A stretch of 64,000 bases of DNA. Source: Chiloscyllium plagiosum (Eukaryota). The stretch spans positions 5,436,093 through 5,500,092 of the forward strand of contig NC_057756.1 in assembly GCF_004010195.1 (NCBI RefSeq). Reading direction: 5' to 3'. Of this stretch, positions 1 through 12,830 are shown one piece after another; positions within the stretch are counted from its first letter, which is position 1, and every line of letters starts with the position of its first letter. A program made the translations under genes and the position numbers. The notes beneath the pieces are model-generated. The model was given only the letters and a program-made list of their open reading frames with translations, did no database searches and had not been told where the DNA came from.

Positions 1-2946
1 GTTAAGGACTGGGCCCAGTGAGTGAAGGGGAGGATCGGTGGGAGCCCATTGGGAAGTCCCGGTGGGTGAGGAGTGTCCTGGTGGGTGATTTGAGTCACAG
101 GCTGACATTGTTCAGGGTGGTTTGGTGTGAAGGAATATCCCAAATCTGATGGTGCAGTAAATGTCTGTCCAAACCTGGGCGAAAATACTAATCTAATACT
201 TCAAGTGTGAAAACCGCAGGACTGTAGTGCCAGTATGGGGGCAATGAGTTTGATTAGGGTCTTTCTTCCAAAGAGCCAGCAGGAGATGGGCTGAATGATC
301 TCATCCTGGGGTGCTGGTTGTGAGGAGCTGGAAAGTTGGCTGTTTTTGTAGGTGGAGCTGGTGGAAAATGTCCCATGGCAGAAAAATAGTTGAGAAATTC
401 AGTTACAGCGAGAGTTAAGGAAATTCTGCACCTTTTGCTGATTTTTTTTTTAAAAAAAGAGTGTAACTGGCAGTGTGATGTTTTCAAATCTTGACAAATG
501 CAGTTTGTATTTCTGACTCTTGTAGAGAGTAGCCATTAATCAGGGTGAGCCTAACCCTATTCCAGATTCCACACACTTTCACTCCTAACTTTGGGGGAAC
601 ATGGGGCAGCCAGTTGTAAGAAAAATTTTTGAAAACATTGCGAAGGTGGTGGGAGAGTCAGCATTGAGGTATTGCCTTAAATGTGTGGTGGGGGAGTTTC
701 TAGTCAGTTGCATTCTGTTTTGCTGTCAGGAATCTGGCGGAAGTGACGGTATTTATATCTTGCTTTGACCCTGTGCCAGGCTGGGATTGATCTGTACACT
801 TAAAGGTGTAGACAAGGGTGGCAAATCTTGGGTGGGGACTGGCACCCAGTCAAAGTGGAGACACTGTGAGTTAGTTATCAGGGTCAGTGAGTGAAGCAGT
901 CCCTGTTCACAGGTCTCTGCAGAATGTGTTTCCAATGAAGTGAACAGCTGTAGGGTGGAGGCAAAGCCACCCGAAAGAGATTGGGATTGTTTCAGAGCTC
1001 TTAACAATCTTTGTTTCCAAGATGGTCTGGGTCAGAATATGGGTATTTGGACAGGGTGGGAGGCAGGGAGTTGAGGAGTCACAGTCTCTGGAGCAGGGTG
1101 TTGACCATTTCAGACACAAGGAGAAATTTCTTGACCTGAATTTCTGTCTACCTTATTGGGGAGCTATGGACAGTCTTTGAGACTGAGAGATTGATTAATG
1201 TTTTGGCTCATGCCATAAGGGACAATGGTGGACCTGAGCCAGATGATAGTAATGGATCAGAGAACATCCTCAAGGGCTGAGTGGCCTCACTGTTCCAATC
1301 TCCGATGTTCCTTGACATTAGAAGATCTTTTCACAACATTTCAAATCAGAAAAGAAAAGGTCATCAGGGGGCAAAGACAGGGATTGTCAGGGCTAGCCAC
1401 TGAACATTTACTCAAAAGGTGGGTTGGAGGAGGGCAGAGAAGTGGCATTAGGGTTTAGGGAGGGAGTTCAAGCCACTGATGGCACAGCTGCCAATGAAGT
1501 GGAGAACTGAGTGAGGCTTGGTGAAAAGAGCCTTGCTTGGAGAAACAAGATTGGAGGCTAGGGGAGGGGAAGAAAGATGAATGGATTGTTGGGCTGAAGC
1601 TAGTTTTGGAAATCGAGGGTGAGCTGTGGTGAGTGAGAGAGTTTGAAGCTTTGTGTGCCTGGATGTGAGCCAGTATAGGTAAATCTGAGCAGTGAAGGAT
1701 TGGGAGGATGGTGGGAGTCTGGATGTGGAGCTGCTGGTCTGGGGTGACTAGACTTTTGAACCTCTGTACAGATTGTGAACAGTCTTGATTAACCAATGGC
1801 CGTGGAGAAGACAAGAGTATTCCAAAGTATGGTCTTCTCAAGGGAACAACTCATCCTGTAATGGACGTTGACAAATTCTAGGGAGATAGATCACAGAAGT
1901 CTACAGCATAGAAAAAGGCCATTCGGTCCATTGAGTCTAAACTGGTCAAAAACAACAACCGAATTATTCTAATCCCATTTTCCATCAGTTGGCCCCTAGC
2001 CTTGCCATCACAAGTGTATATCTAAGTATTTCTTAATTACAATGAGGGTTTCTGTCTCTCCCACCCTTGCAGGGGGTGAAGTGGAGGTGAAGTTGTACTG
2101 GGGGTAGTCAGTGTGTCTATGGAAACTAACAGTTGTGCTGATGGCCAGGATGCTGATGAGAATTGGTAGGAGGGAGGTGAAGAGGTAATTCTTGGAGCAC
2201 ACCTTAGCTGAGAGCAGGAAGAGAGAGTATTGCAGGGATTCCCTGTGGATGTGACTGTGTGCAGGAAGCCCTGCTGAGTTAGCCAGTGGAGGGAGTGTGG
2301 GAAAGAGGGCTAATCCTGGATCGATGAAGGATAAAGAGTAATAGGAGTTCACAGCAGGAGGGCATTGAGCTGCAGGAAATGCAGGTTTTGTTTAAATTGA
2401 ATCCCAAGTTCTCATCTCTTCACCCCCCCTCCCGCGCCATCCCATAATCCTAGATTTCCCAATGTCTAATGAGATTCTATCCACTTTTACACTAATGATA
2501 TTCAATGACTCCCCTACTCTATCATCTCTCGGTGTGATCACATCATGCCTAAGCAGTAAGTTCCAGCCATACCATCATGCCTATTTGCTTCCATAAACAC
2601 TTTATCCATCTTGTCTATGTGTCCCCCTACTTTAAGGAATCAAAGGTTATGGTGAAAAGGTAGGAAAGTGAAATTGAGGATTGTCAGATTAACTAGCTCT
2701 TATTGAATGATGGAGCTGTCTCTATGGGCTGAATGGCCTGTTTCTACATTTTATGGTCAGTTGAGATGCTTTGTACCTCTTTTTGTCACTATCCTATGGT
2801 TTGTTCTCCCCGAATGCATTCCAATCCCTCCTCTTCAGGTTAAATTCCATTTGCTCTCTTTTTGTCCAACTGACTAGTTCATTGGAAGGTCCCTGGAGTC
2901 TATGCCTTTCCTTCTCACTGTGTTTCACCATGAAACCTGCCTTAGT

Positions 2947-3265
2947 GGGCGGCACGGTGGCCCAGTGGTTAGCACTGCTGCCTCACAGCGCCAGAGACCC
3001 GGGTTCAATTCCCGCCTCAGGCGACTGACTGTGTGGAGTTTGCACATTCTCCCCGTGTCTGCGTGGGTTTCCTCCGGGAGCTCCGGTTTCCTCCCACAGT
3101 CACAAAGATGTGCGGGTCAGGTGAATTGGCCATGCTAAATTTGCCCGTGGTGTTAGGTTAAAGGGGTAGATGTAGGGGTATGGGTGGGTTGCGCTTCGGC
3201 GGGTGGGTGTGGACTTGTTGGGCTGAAGGGCCTGTTTCCACACTGTAAGTAATCTAATCTAATCA
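2947..3265 (+). mobile_element. HE1-type tRNA-derived V-SINE
   Basis: tRNA-like head (ggcacggtggc..agtggttagcac, ggttcaattcc), V-domain (gtgtggagtttgca..ttctccccgtgtctgcgtgggtttcctccgg), CR1-like tail and (taatc)n end. Confidence 0.9.
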
Positions 3266-3404
3266 TTTCCACACTGTAAGAAATTGTTGGTTCTGACTTT
3301 GAGTTCTGTTCCAGTGCCTCGATGTGTTGAAGTTTCATTGGAATAGATTCCATTAGAGTTTCAGGAATTACAGTGGAGAGAGAGCATGTAGGGAGATGAC
3401 CATT

Positions 3405-4090
3405 AGAACATAGGAACAGGCCGTTCAACCCACCATGTCTGTGCCAACCATGAAGCCATTCTAAACCAATCCCAGCTATCTGCCTACACCTTGGTTCCCT
3501 CTATTCTCTGCCTGTTCATGTGATTGTCTAAATGCCTCTTAAACATTGCTATCAAACCTGCTTCAACTACTTCTCCTGGCAGCATGCTCCACCCACTATG
3601 TTTAAAAAAAAAACTCACTTTGCACATCTCCTTGAAACTTTCCCCTCTCACCTTAAACCTATGCCCCCTAGTATATGACATTTCCACCTTGGAAGAAAAC
3701 CTCCAACTACCCACCCCATTCATGCCTCTCAAATTTATAAACTTGTATCAGGTCATCCCTCAGCCTCCAACGCTCTAGTGAAAGCAATCCAACTTTGTCC
3801 AAACTCCTTTCAGCAACACATTCCAATCCAAGCAACATCCTGGTAAATAAAACCAACCACCTGCAGATACTGAGGATTCAAAAACCGAAACAGAAATTAC
3901 TGGAGTTCTGATGAAGAGTCACCAAACTCGAAACGTTACCTCTGCTTTCTTCCCTCGGATGCTGCCAAGACCTGCTGAGTTTCTCCAGCAATTTCTGTTT
4001 TTGTTTTAAACACCTTGGTAAACCTCTTTTGTACGCTCTCCAAAGCATCCAGATCTTCCCAACAGTGTGGGGACCAGAACCTGCACACAT
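3405..4090 (-). mobile_element. CR1 LINE 3' fragment, interrupted by a short Penelope-like element
   Basis: TRGHRFKVRGE-type C-terminal ORF2 remnants; CR1 3' UTR. Confidence 0.8.
3848..4008 (+). mobile_element. Short Penelope-derived element with hammerhead core
   Basis: CTGATGA-A-GAGT(caccaa)ACTC-GAAAC-GTT at 3908-3937; imperfect 14-bp TSD aacatcctggtaaa / aacaccttggtaaa. Confidence 0.75.
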
Positions 4091-5334
4091 TTGAGGGAGG
4101 GAGAGAGCACAAGTGCAGTAAATGCTCTCCAAACTGATTCCCGGGTTATGAGGAGGAATTGGGTTGACTCGGGCCTACATTCACTGGAGGGGTTCTCATT
4201 GAAACATGTGAAACTCCTGACAGGGCTTGAGAGATTGCAGGAAGGATGCAGCCAGGATGCTCCTCTTAGATGGAACAAGGAATCATGGTCCCAAGATTTG
4301 CAGCAGCTCAGATTGTACTGAGCGGAGTAGTTTCTTCGCTCAGAAGCTGGTGAACCCGTCGAATTCTCTCTGCCAGGATGCTGTGGAGGTGAATTCACTG
4401 AAATACATTTAAGAAAGAAATAGATACATTTCTAGAGGCTGAATGTGTCAAGGGGAATGGGGAGAGAGTGTGGCTTTTCAACTGAGAAATGGCCATGATC
4501 ATTTTGAATCATGTTGGATGCTCGATGGGCTGATTAGCTCTCCTGCAAGTTTCTACAACTAGACTTGGAGGACGAGAGGTAATGATCAGGGCATAAAGTT
4601 TAAACGTTGCCATTTTGCTGAGAAATCTGGCAGGACAGGAGTCTCTACCCCCTTCCTGTCCCATTCTTTCATTCTGTTGCTTTTTCATTGTGTTGCTCTC
4701 GGTCTCCCTTGCGCACGGTCTCTCGCTTTCTCGCGTAATATTGTGTCAAGGCTAGGAAGGAAAGTTAGATGTCCAAGGGCAGTGAGCTGTTGGAGGATGT
4801 GAAGATTTTGGAGTGACAACTGAGGAATTGGAAGAGTGAGGTAACATTGACCATAGGCTGGGGAGGAGGGGAGTAGTTGAAGAAGGTTTTTGGGAAGGGG
4901 AAGAGAAGAGGCAGTTAGGGTAGGGAGCTGTCATTGATTTCATCGATAAAGCTCCTCATGTCTTCTCCAATAGGAAGTTGGAATGAATGTTTCTGGGAAA
5001 GGGGAAGTGGGGGAATATTTTCCATGTCCAGGTGATATTACAGACCAAGCCAGTATCGGCAGTGGAAAGGGAGGTTGAGTAGAGTGAGACTCAACCAACA
5101 TCCCTTTGGCCAGAAATTTAAAAATGGGCAATCCGGGTGATTGCCACATTACCTATGTGTGGAATCTTGCTGTCCAGTAGTTTCCTACCTAGCAGGAAAG
5201 GTCCAGGACAGGCTTCACTGAGAGTGAGAAGCTGAGTGTGAAATGGCGCTGGTGGTTTGATTACCTCAGACCTCCCACCTCTCCATTGGTCTGTTTCTCT
5301 GTGAAGTTTGACAGAGGGCAGGTCCATATGCCCT

Positions 5335-5550
5335 GTGTGTGGGAGTGTGTGTGCGTGCGTGTCTGCACGTGTGTGTGGGAGTGCATGCGTGCGTGTCTGC
5401 ACGTGTGTGGGAGTGTGTGTGCGTGCGTGTCTGCACATGTGTGTGGGAGTGTGCATGCGTGTCTGCACGTGCGTGTGGGAGTGTGTGCACGTGCGTGTGG
5501 GAGTGTGTGCGCGTGCGTGTAGGAGTGTCTGCATGTGTGTGCGTGTGCGC
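5335..5550. repeat. GT-rich minisatellite (about 36-bp unit)
   Basis: gtgtgtgggagtgtgtgcgtgcgtgtctgcac repeated. Confidence 0.9.
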
Positions 5551-6139
5551 GTTCCTGATTGGCCGCGTCGCTGCAGAAAGAACTGGGACCCTGGTGTCGT
5601 CTGGCGATTGTACACAGAGTCGAGGAACGTGTTTAAAATCCTATAGCATCTCTCACTTTCCACAGGCAATAGGTCAGTGATCAATGCACTGGGAGCTGAC
5701 CCATGGACAACACAGCTATCAAGGTTATGCATAGCAATGAGATAATGACTAGTTCATTTATGTAAGGACATTGGATTGAGGGGGAGTTGTTGACCCCAGA
5801 AGCCATGAGGGATCACCCCTACTTCAGGCAGCTGCACAATACTGGCGCTTAATGTTGCCCTCAGAAGGAAGGCCTCCTAGTGTTGTAGGGTTTACCGAAC
5901 TGCCAGACTGCTCAGTTACTGGAACCTGACAGCACAGCCCTCACCAACTGGGATAATAACCCACTGATCGATATTCCCGCTGCTTCTTACACATCCTGGA
6001 ATTTTGTTTGGGGATTATTTGCTTTAGCTGCTCACGTTACTACAACATTGCAACACTCTGCTGACTCACCTTGTTGCTAGTTTCTGTCTCTCTGTCCCCT
6101 CTGCCGTGCTCTCCCCCTCTGCTGCTCTCTCCGCCTGCC

Positions 6140-6325
6140 TCTCCCTCTCTGTCACGCTATCTCTCTAGTCCATCTGTCTCTCCCCCTCTGTCACTCAGTC
6201 CATCTGTCTCTCCCCCTCTGTCACTCACTCCATCTGTCTCTCCCCCTCTGTCACTCACTCCATCTGTCTCTCCCTCTCTGTCACTCACTCCATCTGTCTC
6301 TCCCCCTCTGTCACTCACTCTGCTG
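6140..6325. repeat. 30-bp pyrimidine-rich minisatellite
   Basis: tcactcactccatctgtctctccccctctg, about 5-6 copies. Confidence 0.92.
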
Positions 6326-6787
6326 ATCTCCCTCTTTGGTTTCATGTTTATATGAGAGCTACACTCAGTTCATAAACTGACTACAAACCAGGCCTTATCA
6401 GGGAGGCTCCTTTCTCTGGACTAACACACCGTGTCTGCGAGGGAGGGAGAGGGGGGTGGCGGGGAGGAGGCCAGGTAGGGGGAAGGAGGGAGGGAGCATG
6501 GTTCGGTGACAGACACTGGGTGAAGGGAGCAAATTGTTCCTACACAGATCCCTGAGGGAGACACTGACGATCCTGTGTGGGGGACTTTCCAGGGCATGGG
6601 GTAGGAAGTGTGGCTCGAGGGGATGTTTGAGGGGATTTATGTGAGGGGAGGGTGGATGGAGACGGGACTGTGGAGTTTCTGGGGGTATGTGGGGAGGGAG
6701 GGGCACTCTCTCCTCCCAGTGAACCTGTTGGCTGATGATTTGTGGGGTGGTATCTTGATTAAACTGGGGATCTGTTGTGATCCACAG

Positions 6788-7129
6788 GATTCTCCACGGC
6801 GATTCAGGTGACTATCCCAGATCCCTTTCGGACAGCGATCCTTTTCCAGCCTGTCGTCCTGAAATGTCGCTATGATACAACAAGCCTCCAGCCCCCCATC
6901 GTCCTGTGGAAATACAGATCCTTCTGCCGAGACAGAATCTTGGACGCGTTCAATCCCAGCAGCTCCGAGAATCAAGTCAATGACCAACTGCAGCAGGCGG
7001 ATCCGAATTACAATCCGTATGTGAACTGTCCAGACAGCTCTCGCACTGTGAGGACGGTTGCATCGAAACATGGAAGGGCAGTGACCTTGGACAGTTACTA
7101 CCAGGGTCGAAAGATAACAATTATCAATG
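6788..7129 (+). CDS. LSR: LSR / angulin-1, coding exon 2 (Ig-like V domain, first part)
   Basis: ccacag acceptor, G|gtaagg donor. Translation (G)FSTAIQVTIPDPFRTAILFQPVVLKC...IVLWKYRSFCRDRILDAF...YNPYVNCPDSSRTVRTVASKHG...DSYYQGRKITIIN matches the LSR Ig domain. Exon 1 (signal peptide) not identified in the window. Confidence 0.95.
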
Positions 7130-7436
7130 GTAAGGAGAAGCAACACAGCCATTCAGCTCATAGACCATCCTATCCCATTCAACATGATCAATGCTGACCA
7201 CCAGTGTCAGGTTCACTCTCTCACCCTGCCCCCCAAAAAGCCATCCATGTTGAGGCTAAATCACCTCAGGCATTTGGCATCCACATCACCTCAGGCAAGG
7301 GCGGAGAAACAGATTCCTCCCCCACGTGCGTGAAGACATTTCTCCTTCACTCGGATTGAAACAACTTTCCTCAGAAGCTGAGGCTGAGGCCCCATCCTGG
7401 GGGAGGTGTGTGTGTATGTGTGTGTAGAGAAGGATC

Positions 7437-7716
7437 TCTCCAAATCAACCCTATCAAACTCCTCAATCTTGCCTGATTTACAGAGATCAGACTCTGTTCT
7501 TCGAGAAAGAACGTTACAGCACAGTCCAAGTCCTTTGGCCCTTGATGTTGCGCTGACCTGTGGAACCAATCTGAATCTCTCCAAATCAACCCTATCAAAC
7601 TCCTCAATCTTGCCTGATTTACAGAGATCAGACTCTGTTCTTCGAGAAAGAACGTTACAGCACAGTCCAGGTCCTTTGGCCCTTGATGTTGCGCTGATCT
7701 GTGGAACCAATCTGAA
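7437..7716. repeat. 141-bp tandem duplication
   Basis: Two near-identical copies; caaatcaaccctatc starts at 7441 and 7582. Confidence 0.92.
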
Positions 7717-7809
7717 GCCTATCTATCCTACACTATTCCATTTTCATCCACGTGTCTATCCAATGATCGTTTAAATGCCCTCGCAGTTAGCGAGCCTCCA
7801 TTTCCTGCA

Positions 7810-8520
7810 CCTCCATTCTTGAACCCCACCTGTCCCCCAACCACAACAAGGATAGAACCTCCCCCTGCCCCCACCACCCCTCCCAGGTCCTCACATTCCA
7901 CACTTCTAATCTCCAAATCTAGTGCATCACATCCTCTGCCACATGTGCCATTTACAGTCAAGACCTACCATCAAAAATATATTCCCTATCTTTTGTTGGG
8001 TCCACACTCTCCACCAACCCTCTATCCATTCCTGATACCTTCCCCTGCTGTAAGGGGTGCAAAACCTGTGCCAAACTCCACAAATACCCTCACCCCCCAC
8101 CCACTTCTCTCCAAGGCCCCAAAGGACATCAGGCAGAAATTTGCTTGCATGCCCTCGAACCTCATTTTACTGCATCTGTTGATCTCAATGTGGTCTCCTC
8201 CACACCAGAGAGATCGAGTGCAAACTCATGGAATGTTTCAGGGAACACCTCTGGTCTGTACACACCGACCAGCCCCACCTCCCTTGGTTATTCACTTCCA
8301 TTCCCCCCCATCACATATCTACTCTGGGCTTCCTCCACCATCTACACGAGGTCACCTGCAAACTGAAGGAGGAACACCTCATCTTCCACCTTGGGAACCA
8401 ACAACTACATGACCTCAACATTGAATTTACCAGTTTCCAAATCTCCTCAACCCCCAAATCCCATCCCAGATCCAATCCTTCAACCCACCTATTCACCTTC
8501 CTTCCCACCCAACTATAATT
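7810..8520 (+). mobile_element. Degenerate Penelope-like element remnant (GIY-YIG region)
   Basis: Frameshifted FAC..SNLI..CI...CGLL.....CFREHL...KLKEEHLIFHLG...LNIEFTSF, resembling PLE endonuclease C-termini. Confidence 0.65.
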
Positions 8521-8534
8521 ATCACCTCCTACAA

Positions 8535-10375
8535 AGAACATAGAACAAAGAATATTACAGCACAGTACAGGCCCTTCGGCCCTCGATGTTGTGCAGACCT
8601 GTGGATCCAATCTGAAGCCCATCTATCCAATACTATTCCATTTTCATTCAAATGTTTATCCAATGACCATTTAAATGGCCTGAAAGTTGGTGAATCTACT
8701 ACTATTGCAGGCAGTGTATTCCACGCCCCTACTACTGCTCTGAGTAAAGAAACTACCTCCGTTCTATATCTATCACCCCTCAATTTAAAAGCTATGTCCC
8801 CTTGTGCTAGCCATCATTTTCTGAGGAAAAAGGCTCTCACTGTCCACCCTATCTAACCCTGTGTTTATCTTATATGTCTCTATTAAGTCACCTCTCAACC
8901 TTCCCCTCTCTATCGAAAAAAGCCTCAAATCACTCAGCCTTTCCTCCTAAGACCTTCCCTCCACACCAGGCAACATCCTGGTAAATCTCCTCTGAATCCT
9001 CTCCAAAGCTTCCACATCCTTTATATAATGCAGTGATCAGAACTGTACACAATACTCCCAAGTGCAGCCACACCAGAATTTTGTACAGCTGCAACATAAC
9101 CCCATGGCTCTGAAACTCAATCCCTCTACGTATGCCTTCTTAACAATCGTATCAACCTTGGTGGCAACTTTCAGGGATCTATGTACATGGACACTGAGAT
9201 CTCTCTGCTCATCTACACTACCAAGAATCTTACCATTAGCCCAGTACAGTTTTTTTTTCTCTCTGTTACTCCTTCCAAAGTGAATCACCTCACACTTTTG
9301 CACGTTAAACTCCATTTGCTACCTCTCAGACCACTCTGCAGCTTATCTATGTCCCACTGTAACCAACAACATCCTTCAGCACAATCCACAACTCCATCAA
9401 CCTTAGTGTCATTTATTAACCCATACTTCTACGCCCTCATCGAGGTTATTTATAAAAAGGACCATCAGCAGTGGCCCCAATGCAGATCCTTGCAGTGCAC
9501 CATTAGTAACTGAACTCCAGGATGAAAATTTCCCATCAACCACCACCCTCTTTTCTTTTAGCTAACTAATTTCTGATCCAAACCACTAAATCATCCTCAA
9601 TGTGCAATAGCCTACTGTGGGGAACCTTATCAAACGCCTTACTGAAATCCACATACACCACATCAATGCTTTAACCTCATCTACCTGTTTGGTCACCGTC
9701 TCAAAGAGCTCAATAAGGTTTGTGAGACATGACCTATTCTTCGCAAAACCATGTTGACTGTCCCTAATCAAATTATCCCTCTTTAGATGATTATAAATCC
9801 TATCTCTTAAACCTCACAACCAAAATAAGGCTCTCTGGTCTATAATTAGGATTCTCTCAACTCCCTTTTTGAACAAGGGAACAACATTTGCTATCCTCTA
9901 GTCTTCTGGCACTATTCCTGTGGACAATGACGACATAAGGATGAAAGCCAAAGGCTTCACAGTCTCCTCCCTGGCTTCCCAGAGAATCCAACGATAAATT
10001 CCATCCAGCCCGGGGGACTTGTGTATTTTACACACTTTGCAGAATTGCTAACACCTCATCCTTGTGAACCTCAATCGCTTATGATTTTATAAACCTCTAT
10101 AAAGTCACCCCTCAGCCTCTGACGCTCCAGGGAAAACAGCCCCAGCCTGTTCAGCCTCTCCCTGTAGCTCAAACCCTCCAATCCTGGCAACATCTTTGTA
10201 GATCTTTTCTGAACCTTTTCAAGCTTTACAACATCCTTCCAACAGGAGGGAGATCCAAACTGAGCACAGTATTCCAAAAGTGGCCGTATCCAATGTCCTG
10301 TACAGCCACAACATGACATCCCAACTCCTGTAACTCAGTGCTCTGACCAATAAAAGGCAAGTATACCAAATGCAA
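8535..10375 (-). mobile_element. CR1 LINE fragments (RT region + 3' end), two joined pieces
   Basis: SQHGF..RSCLTNLIE, MEFN..KCEVIHFG and LEYC.QF motifs. Confidence 0.9.
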
Positions 10376-10585
10376 GTGTTCTTGCTGATAACTCTGACTC
10401 CCGTCATATTTTACCAGACAGTTTGGATTATCTGATTAATCTCGACCTGGTATGATTATGATTCTCTATTCATTCACAGTCACCACAGAGAGAATAACTA
10501 GGAATGATTGTCTGTCCAGCTGTAATTGAGTTGTGACCAGAGTAACAGCTGTCTTTCTTGTTTGCTTCATGTTTATCTCATTCAG

Positions 10586-10705
10586 AAGCCGACCTCAGCA
10601 TTGAGCAGACAGCTTGGGGTGACAGTGGGGTTTATTACTGTACAGTCACTGCCTCCGATGATCTTTCAGGTAACAATGAAGGTTACGTGGAGCTGCTTGT
10701 CCTGG
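10586..10705 (+). CDS. LSR: LSR exon 3 (Ig domain end, 120 bp)
   Basis: ttcag acceptor, G|gtaagt donor, phase 1-1. (E)ADLSIEQTAWGDSGVYYCTVTASDDLSGNNEGYVELLVL contains the DSGVYYC motif. Confidence 0.95.
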
Positions 10706-11097
10706 GTAAGTGACTCTCACTGGGGCATGGGCTCACTCACACATACACACACTCACTGGGGTACAGCTAGCTCATGCTGATATGCTCACTCATTGTCACA
10801 CACTGACCCACCTTCTCCTCCTGCCCTCTCCCCCACTGCCCTCTCCCATACCCCACCCCCCCACATACACACTCTGATTCTCACTGGGGTATTGCCTCTT
10901 GTGCTCTCCCATGCTTGCTCTCTCTCTCACACACAGACTCTTACTGGGTTGCGGACACACAGACACTCTCACTCTCTTGCACCCTCTCTCGCTCTCTGTC
11001 ACACTTGCACGCTCGCACACTGGCATGGGTGGACCATTGGTTGACCATGTGAAGGAACACTTTGTCTGTTCCAGAGTTTTGATTATATATCCTGCCT

Positions 11098-11310
11098 GAA
11101 AATGTGTTGCTGGAAAAGCGCAGCAGGTCAGACAGCATCCAGGGAGCAGGAGAATCGACATTTCGGGCATGAGCCCTTCTTCAGGAAGGCTTATGCCCGA
11201 AACGTCGATTCTCCTGCTCCCTGGATGCTGCCTGACCTGCTGCGCTTTTCCAGCAACACATTTTCAGCTCTGATCTCCAGCATCTGCAGCCCTCACTTTC
11301 TCCTCGAAGA
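11098..11310. mobile_element. Fold-back Penelope-derived short element
   Basis: About 80-bp inverted arms; 14-bp TSD tatatatcctgcct (11084-11097, 11311-11324). Confidence 0.88.
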
Positions 11311-11764
11311 TATATATCCTGCCTCACCAGTTCCAGTTGTTAGGTTCTTAATGTGGCTGTTGGTGGTCTTTGTGTGTTTGTAGCCATTCAATCAACCAAC
11401 AAACTGCGTTAATGTGAGGGAATGAGCTCCCGATCCCAGTATGAACAATGTCTGGAGTTTTTCTTGTGGTTGAAGATGGAGAGTGGTTTGTCAGTTCGCA
11501 TTGCTGTTTTTGAACCTGTGACTTCTTTGATGCGGCTGGTGGCTGTGTGTCTGTTGTCCTAGAGACTGGGCATCAGTGAGGATCTGAGAAAGTACGGGGG
11601 GGAAAATGGTGTTTGGGAAGTGCTCCTCAAGATGATTCCACACAAATTCTTACAAAGAACACCCAAACATTGCAGTGTCCTGCACTTCCCTGTCTGGGAT
11701 GGGAGGCAGGAATCTCCAAGCTGAAACACATTTCCTGCTCAGAATGCTCACTCAACTAACGATT

Positions 11765-12480
11765 GGACTGACCAATGAGGAAAGCAGAGACTGGCTGATT
11801 CTGTATTCTTTGGAGTTTAGAAGAGCCGGAGGTGATGAATGAAAATCTATAAGAGACTTGGGGGGNNNNNNNNNNNNNNNNNNNNNNNNNNNNNNNNNNN
11901 NNNNNNNNNNNNNNNNNNNNNNNNNNNNNNNNNNNNNNNNNNNNNNNNNNNNNNNNNNNNNNNNNNNNNNNNNNNNNNNNNNNNNNNNNNNNNNNNNNNN
12001 NNNNNNNNNNNNNNNNNNNNNNNNNNNNNNNNNNNNNNNNNNNNNNNNNNNNNNNNNNNNNNNNNNNNNNNNNNNNNNNNNNNNNNNNNNNNNNNNNNNN
12101 NNNNNNNNNNNNNNNNNNNNNNNNNNNNNGGGGGGGGGAGACGTGACTGGGGGGATGTGCAGAGAATGTTTGCTCTTGTGGGAGAATCTAGAACTAGTGG
12201 TCACTTTTATAAAAAATAAGGGGCCATCTATTTAAATCAGAGATGAGGGAAGATTTTGTCTCTGAGGCTTGAGTGTCTTTGTAATTCCCTTACTCCAAAG
12301 GCAGTGCATACAGGATCATTAAAGCAGAGATAGAGAGTTTGGTGATGACCGAAGCGATGACAGGTTGTCGGGATATGCAGGAATGTAAAGCTGAGGTTAA
12401 AATCAGATGAGTCATGATCTTATTGAGTGACTGAACAGGCTTAAAGGGCTGAGTGGCCTCCCCGTGTTTCTTGTTTGTGT
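11765..12480 (+). mobile_element. CR1 3' fragment spanning an N-gap
   Basis: ctgtattctttggagtttagaaga...gggagaatctagaactag...gtggcctcc 3' UTR. Confidence 0.7.
11866..12129. other. Assembly gap
   Basis: N run flanked by poly-G. Confidence 1.
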
Positions 12481-12773
12481 GTCCCAAGGCACTTGATAGA
12501 AGTCAGTCTCTGACCAAACATGGTACTGAGCTCCCTCAGAAGATAACAAGACCCAGTAATCAGTTAAAGGAGTTTTCTTGCGGAGGGGGGGGGGGTTTGA
12601 GGTTGCTAGACAGAGAGGGATGGAGGGAGTGAGGGAGGAGCCATAACTTCAAACTTGGTGTCCAAGCAGCCGAGGCCACACGAGTTGGGGGAGAGGGTTG
12701 GAGAAGATTTGGTGTTTGGTTGACCACTTTCCCCTTGGTAACTCAGTTGTCCTCTCTCTGTTTTGTTCTCCAG

Positions 12774-12830
12774 GTAGAACTGGAGTCACCACTTCCCTGT
12801 TGCCAGGTGTACAGATAGGGATCATGCCAG
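12774..12830 (+). CDS. LSR: LSR exon 4 (57-bp cassette-type exon)
   Basis: Polypyrimidine tract + ctccag, G|gtactg donor. (G)RTGVTTSLLPGVQIGIMP resembles mammalian GRTSGVAELLPGFQAGPIE. Confidence 0.88.

Noticed and set aside
1450-2380. Possible old L2-like LINE remnants (also about 4750-4990)
   Set aside because: Purine-rich and suggestive, but no diagnostic motif could be read confidently.
2947-3030. tRNA gene
   Set aside because: tRNA-like head of a multi-copy SINE, not a complete cloverleaf gene.
5118-6355. Cys/Val, His/Thr and Ser/Pro-rich ORFs
   Set aside because: Translations of GT-rich and CT-rich minisatellites.
1-6787. LSR exon 1
   Set aside because: No convincing ATG + signal peptide + phase-1 donor seen; probably upstream of the window.
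11866-12129. Hidden content in the N-gaps
   Set aside because: CR1 sequence appears nearly continuous across this gap, and the LSR exon chain is complete and in phase across both LSR gaps; they are probably homopolymer dropouts.
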